From NCBI GenBank assembly GCA_963817895.1, contig CAWFQB010000001.1, positions 96,001 to 160,000 of the forward strand: DNA of 64,000 nt, given 5' to 3'. This document shows, in pieces, positions 62,662 to 64,000 of the stretch. Under the pieces are notes generated by a model that was given only the letters and a program-made list of their open reading frames with translations, was not told where the DNA came from and did not search any database. Numbering within the stretch: position 1 is the stretch's first letter; the number at the start of each line of letters is the position of its first letter. Both the position numbers and the translations under genes were made by a program. Source of the stretch: an uncultured Chthonomonadaceae bacterium. Lineage in GTDB: Bacteria; Armatimonadota; Chthonomonadetes; Chthonomonadales; Chthonomonadaceae.

Positions 62662-63441
62662 TCAATGCTTAACGTTTAACCGCCTTTGCGCTTCTACTGC
62701 CCGCACGTTCATTTCGGTTTCGAGGGCGGCGCGGACGGCTTCCAGAACGTCGTCTTTGGCATTGGCGGGAACCATGATCGGTTCGCCTATCACGACGGCG
62801 GCGCGGCAAAAGGGGAACGGAATTTCAAAGCGATCCCACTGATCCAGGTGGAAACCGGATGAGATCGCCGCGCCGAGCGGAACCAGCATCACGCCCGACT
62901 TTTTGGCGAGAAAGGCGGGGCCGGCTTTAGCTTTGTAAATCGGGCCGGCAGGGCCATCGGCGGCAATTACCGATCCGGTTCCCTTGCGCAGCATTTCCAC
63001 GAACTTCATCACGCCCCGCGACTCGCTTTTGAACTGCGAAGCGTCCAGAACGCTGTATCCCATGCGCTCGATTAGTTTCAGTGTCCAGTGACGCAGGAGC
63101 AGCAGATGTTGAGGGTAATTGTCTTCCCGCGTGTGCGAAGCGTACAGGCACAAATGTTCGTTGCGGAACGTGGTCATGGAAAGCAGTCCCTGCCCGTGCC
63201 AGATCACCATGAGCGGATTGTGGCCCGACCGTTTCACCTCCTGCAAGCGTTCCATGCCGTACACCCGCAGGTCAATGGTGTTTTCAAACAGCAGAAAACT
63301 GTCAATCAGTATGCCCGTAACGGCGAACTGGAACCACGCGACGATGCGCTGCCGCCACTGCCGCCACACAGGTAAGGCAGTATCCGGCGCGTCCGGCGAG
63401 GTTTCGGGAGGAGAAGCGGCAGCTACAACGACTTCCGACAT
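62662..63441 (-). CDS. DUF374/lysophospholipid acyltransferase-like protein
   Basis: VIWHG, AADGPAGP, WDRFEIPFPF, VIGEPI. Confidence 0.85.
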   Translation of the reverse strand: MSEVVVAAASPPETSPDAPDTALPVWRQWRQRIVAWFQFAVTGILIDSFLLFENTIDLRVYGMERLQEVKRSGHNPLMVIWHGQGLLSMTTFRNEHLCLYASHTREDNYPQHLLLLRHWTLKLIERMGYSVLDASQFKSESRGVMKFVEMLRKGTGSVIAADGPAGPIYKAKAGPAFLAKKSGVMLVPLGAAISSGFHLDQWDRFEIPFPFCRAAVVIGEPIMVPANAKDDVLEAVRAALETEMNVRAVEAQRRLNVKH

Positions 63442-63483
63442 GAGGCGGTTCCCTGTCTTCAACGCGGTGCCGTAAAATAAGTT

Positions 63484-63582
63484 GTAGGGACACAACTTGT
63501 TGTGTCCTCCTCCGGTCGTTGTGTCCTCCTCCGGTTTATGAGAGTGCGGACATAATCCAGACACAACAAGTTGTGTCCCTAC
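63484..63582. repeat. Inverted doublet of GTAG-type REPs (REPIN-like)
   Basis: GTAGGGACACAACTTGTTGTGTCC at 63484-63507 and an inverted copy at 63559-63582. Confidence 0.8.
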
Positions 63583-63726
63583 AAGTTGTTATTGGCGCGC
63601 ATTAGTTTGAATGAGCCATTATATCAAATACGAAAGCAAATTACCAGAAACATTTTTGCTGAAATGAATTGCAGCCCTAAACCGGTGTGGTTCAGGGCTG
63701 CAAATTCCGTAACAAAGCGCATGAGG

Positions 63727-64000
63727 TTAATGAACGCGGTAGTCGCCGCGCCCGTCGTTGTTGCGATAGCCGCTGCTGGAACCACTATTGTTGTAGCCGC
63801 CGTTATAGCCGGTGTTGCTGCCGTAGTGGTCACGGTTATATCCGTCACGTCCCTGATTGTATTCCCGGTTCTGATCGCGGCCATACCGCTGCGCGTCCTG
63901 ATGTATGTTCTGGCGGTCATGGTCTATGTGCCACTTTAAGCGCGAAATTTCGTCATCCAGCCGATGGACGGCTTTCCAATCGCGGTGGTTTGCCAGATAC
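63727..64000 (-). CDS. 3' end of a Gly/Asn/Tyr/Arg-rich hypothetical protein
   Basis: Hand translation: YLANHRDWKAVHRLDDEISRLKWH...GYNGGYNNSGSSSGYRNNDGRGDYRVH-stop; start outside the window. Confidence 0.6.
   Translation of the reverse strand, partial: YLANHRDWKAVHRLDDEISRLKWHIDHDRQNIHQDAQRYGRDQNREYNQGRDGYNRDHYGSNTGYNGGYNNSGSSSGYRNNDGRGDYRVH

Overview
A 64-kb bacterial chromosome segment of fairly high GC. It is most likely Armatimonadota; this is an inference from four DUF1559/H-X9-DG prepilin-like genes, a DUF6785-type membrane protein and the housekeeping gene mix. Housekeeping genes (ndk, murI, eno, ftsB-like, tmk, darA, rtcA, tdk) alternate with accessory genes. About a dozen genes carry indels, often in homopolymers and including tmk, so most frameshifts are probably assembly errors. 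One complete IS630 (27-bp IRs, TA duplication) interrupts a DUF1559 gene. There are three type II toxin-antitoxin pairs and a truncated sacsin-like ATPase. I saw no rRNA, tRNA or CRISPR array. Best candidates for undescribed biology: (1) a stand-alone Macro-SIR2 fusion at 47012-48946; (2) a pair of STAND-like ATPases behind a perfect 40-bp palindrome at 18708-21947; (3) a single-chain double-SPOUT methyltransferase whose halves keep complementary motifs; (4) an alpha-2-macroglobulin flanked by an exported AMMECR1 protein and a CxxW monothiol redoxin instead of pbpC; (5) two small paralogues sharing YHWYVLGC between eno and the ftsB-like gene; (6) several families of inverted microsatellite, MITE-like and REP elements, some of which enter reading frames. 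All domain calls are by motif recognition only; no searches were run.
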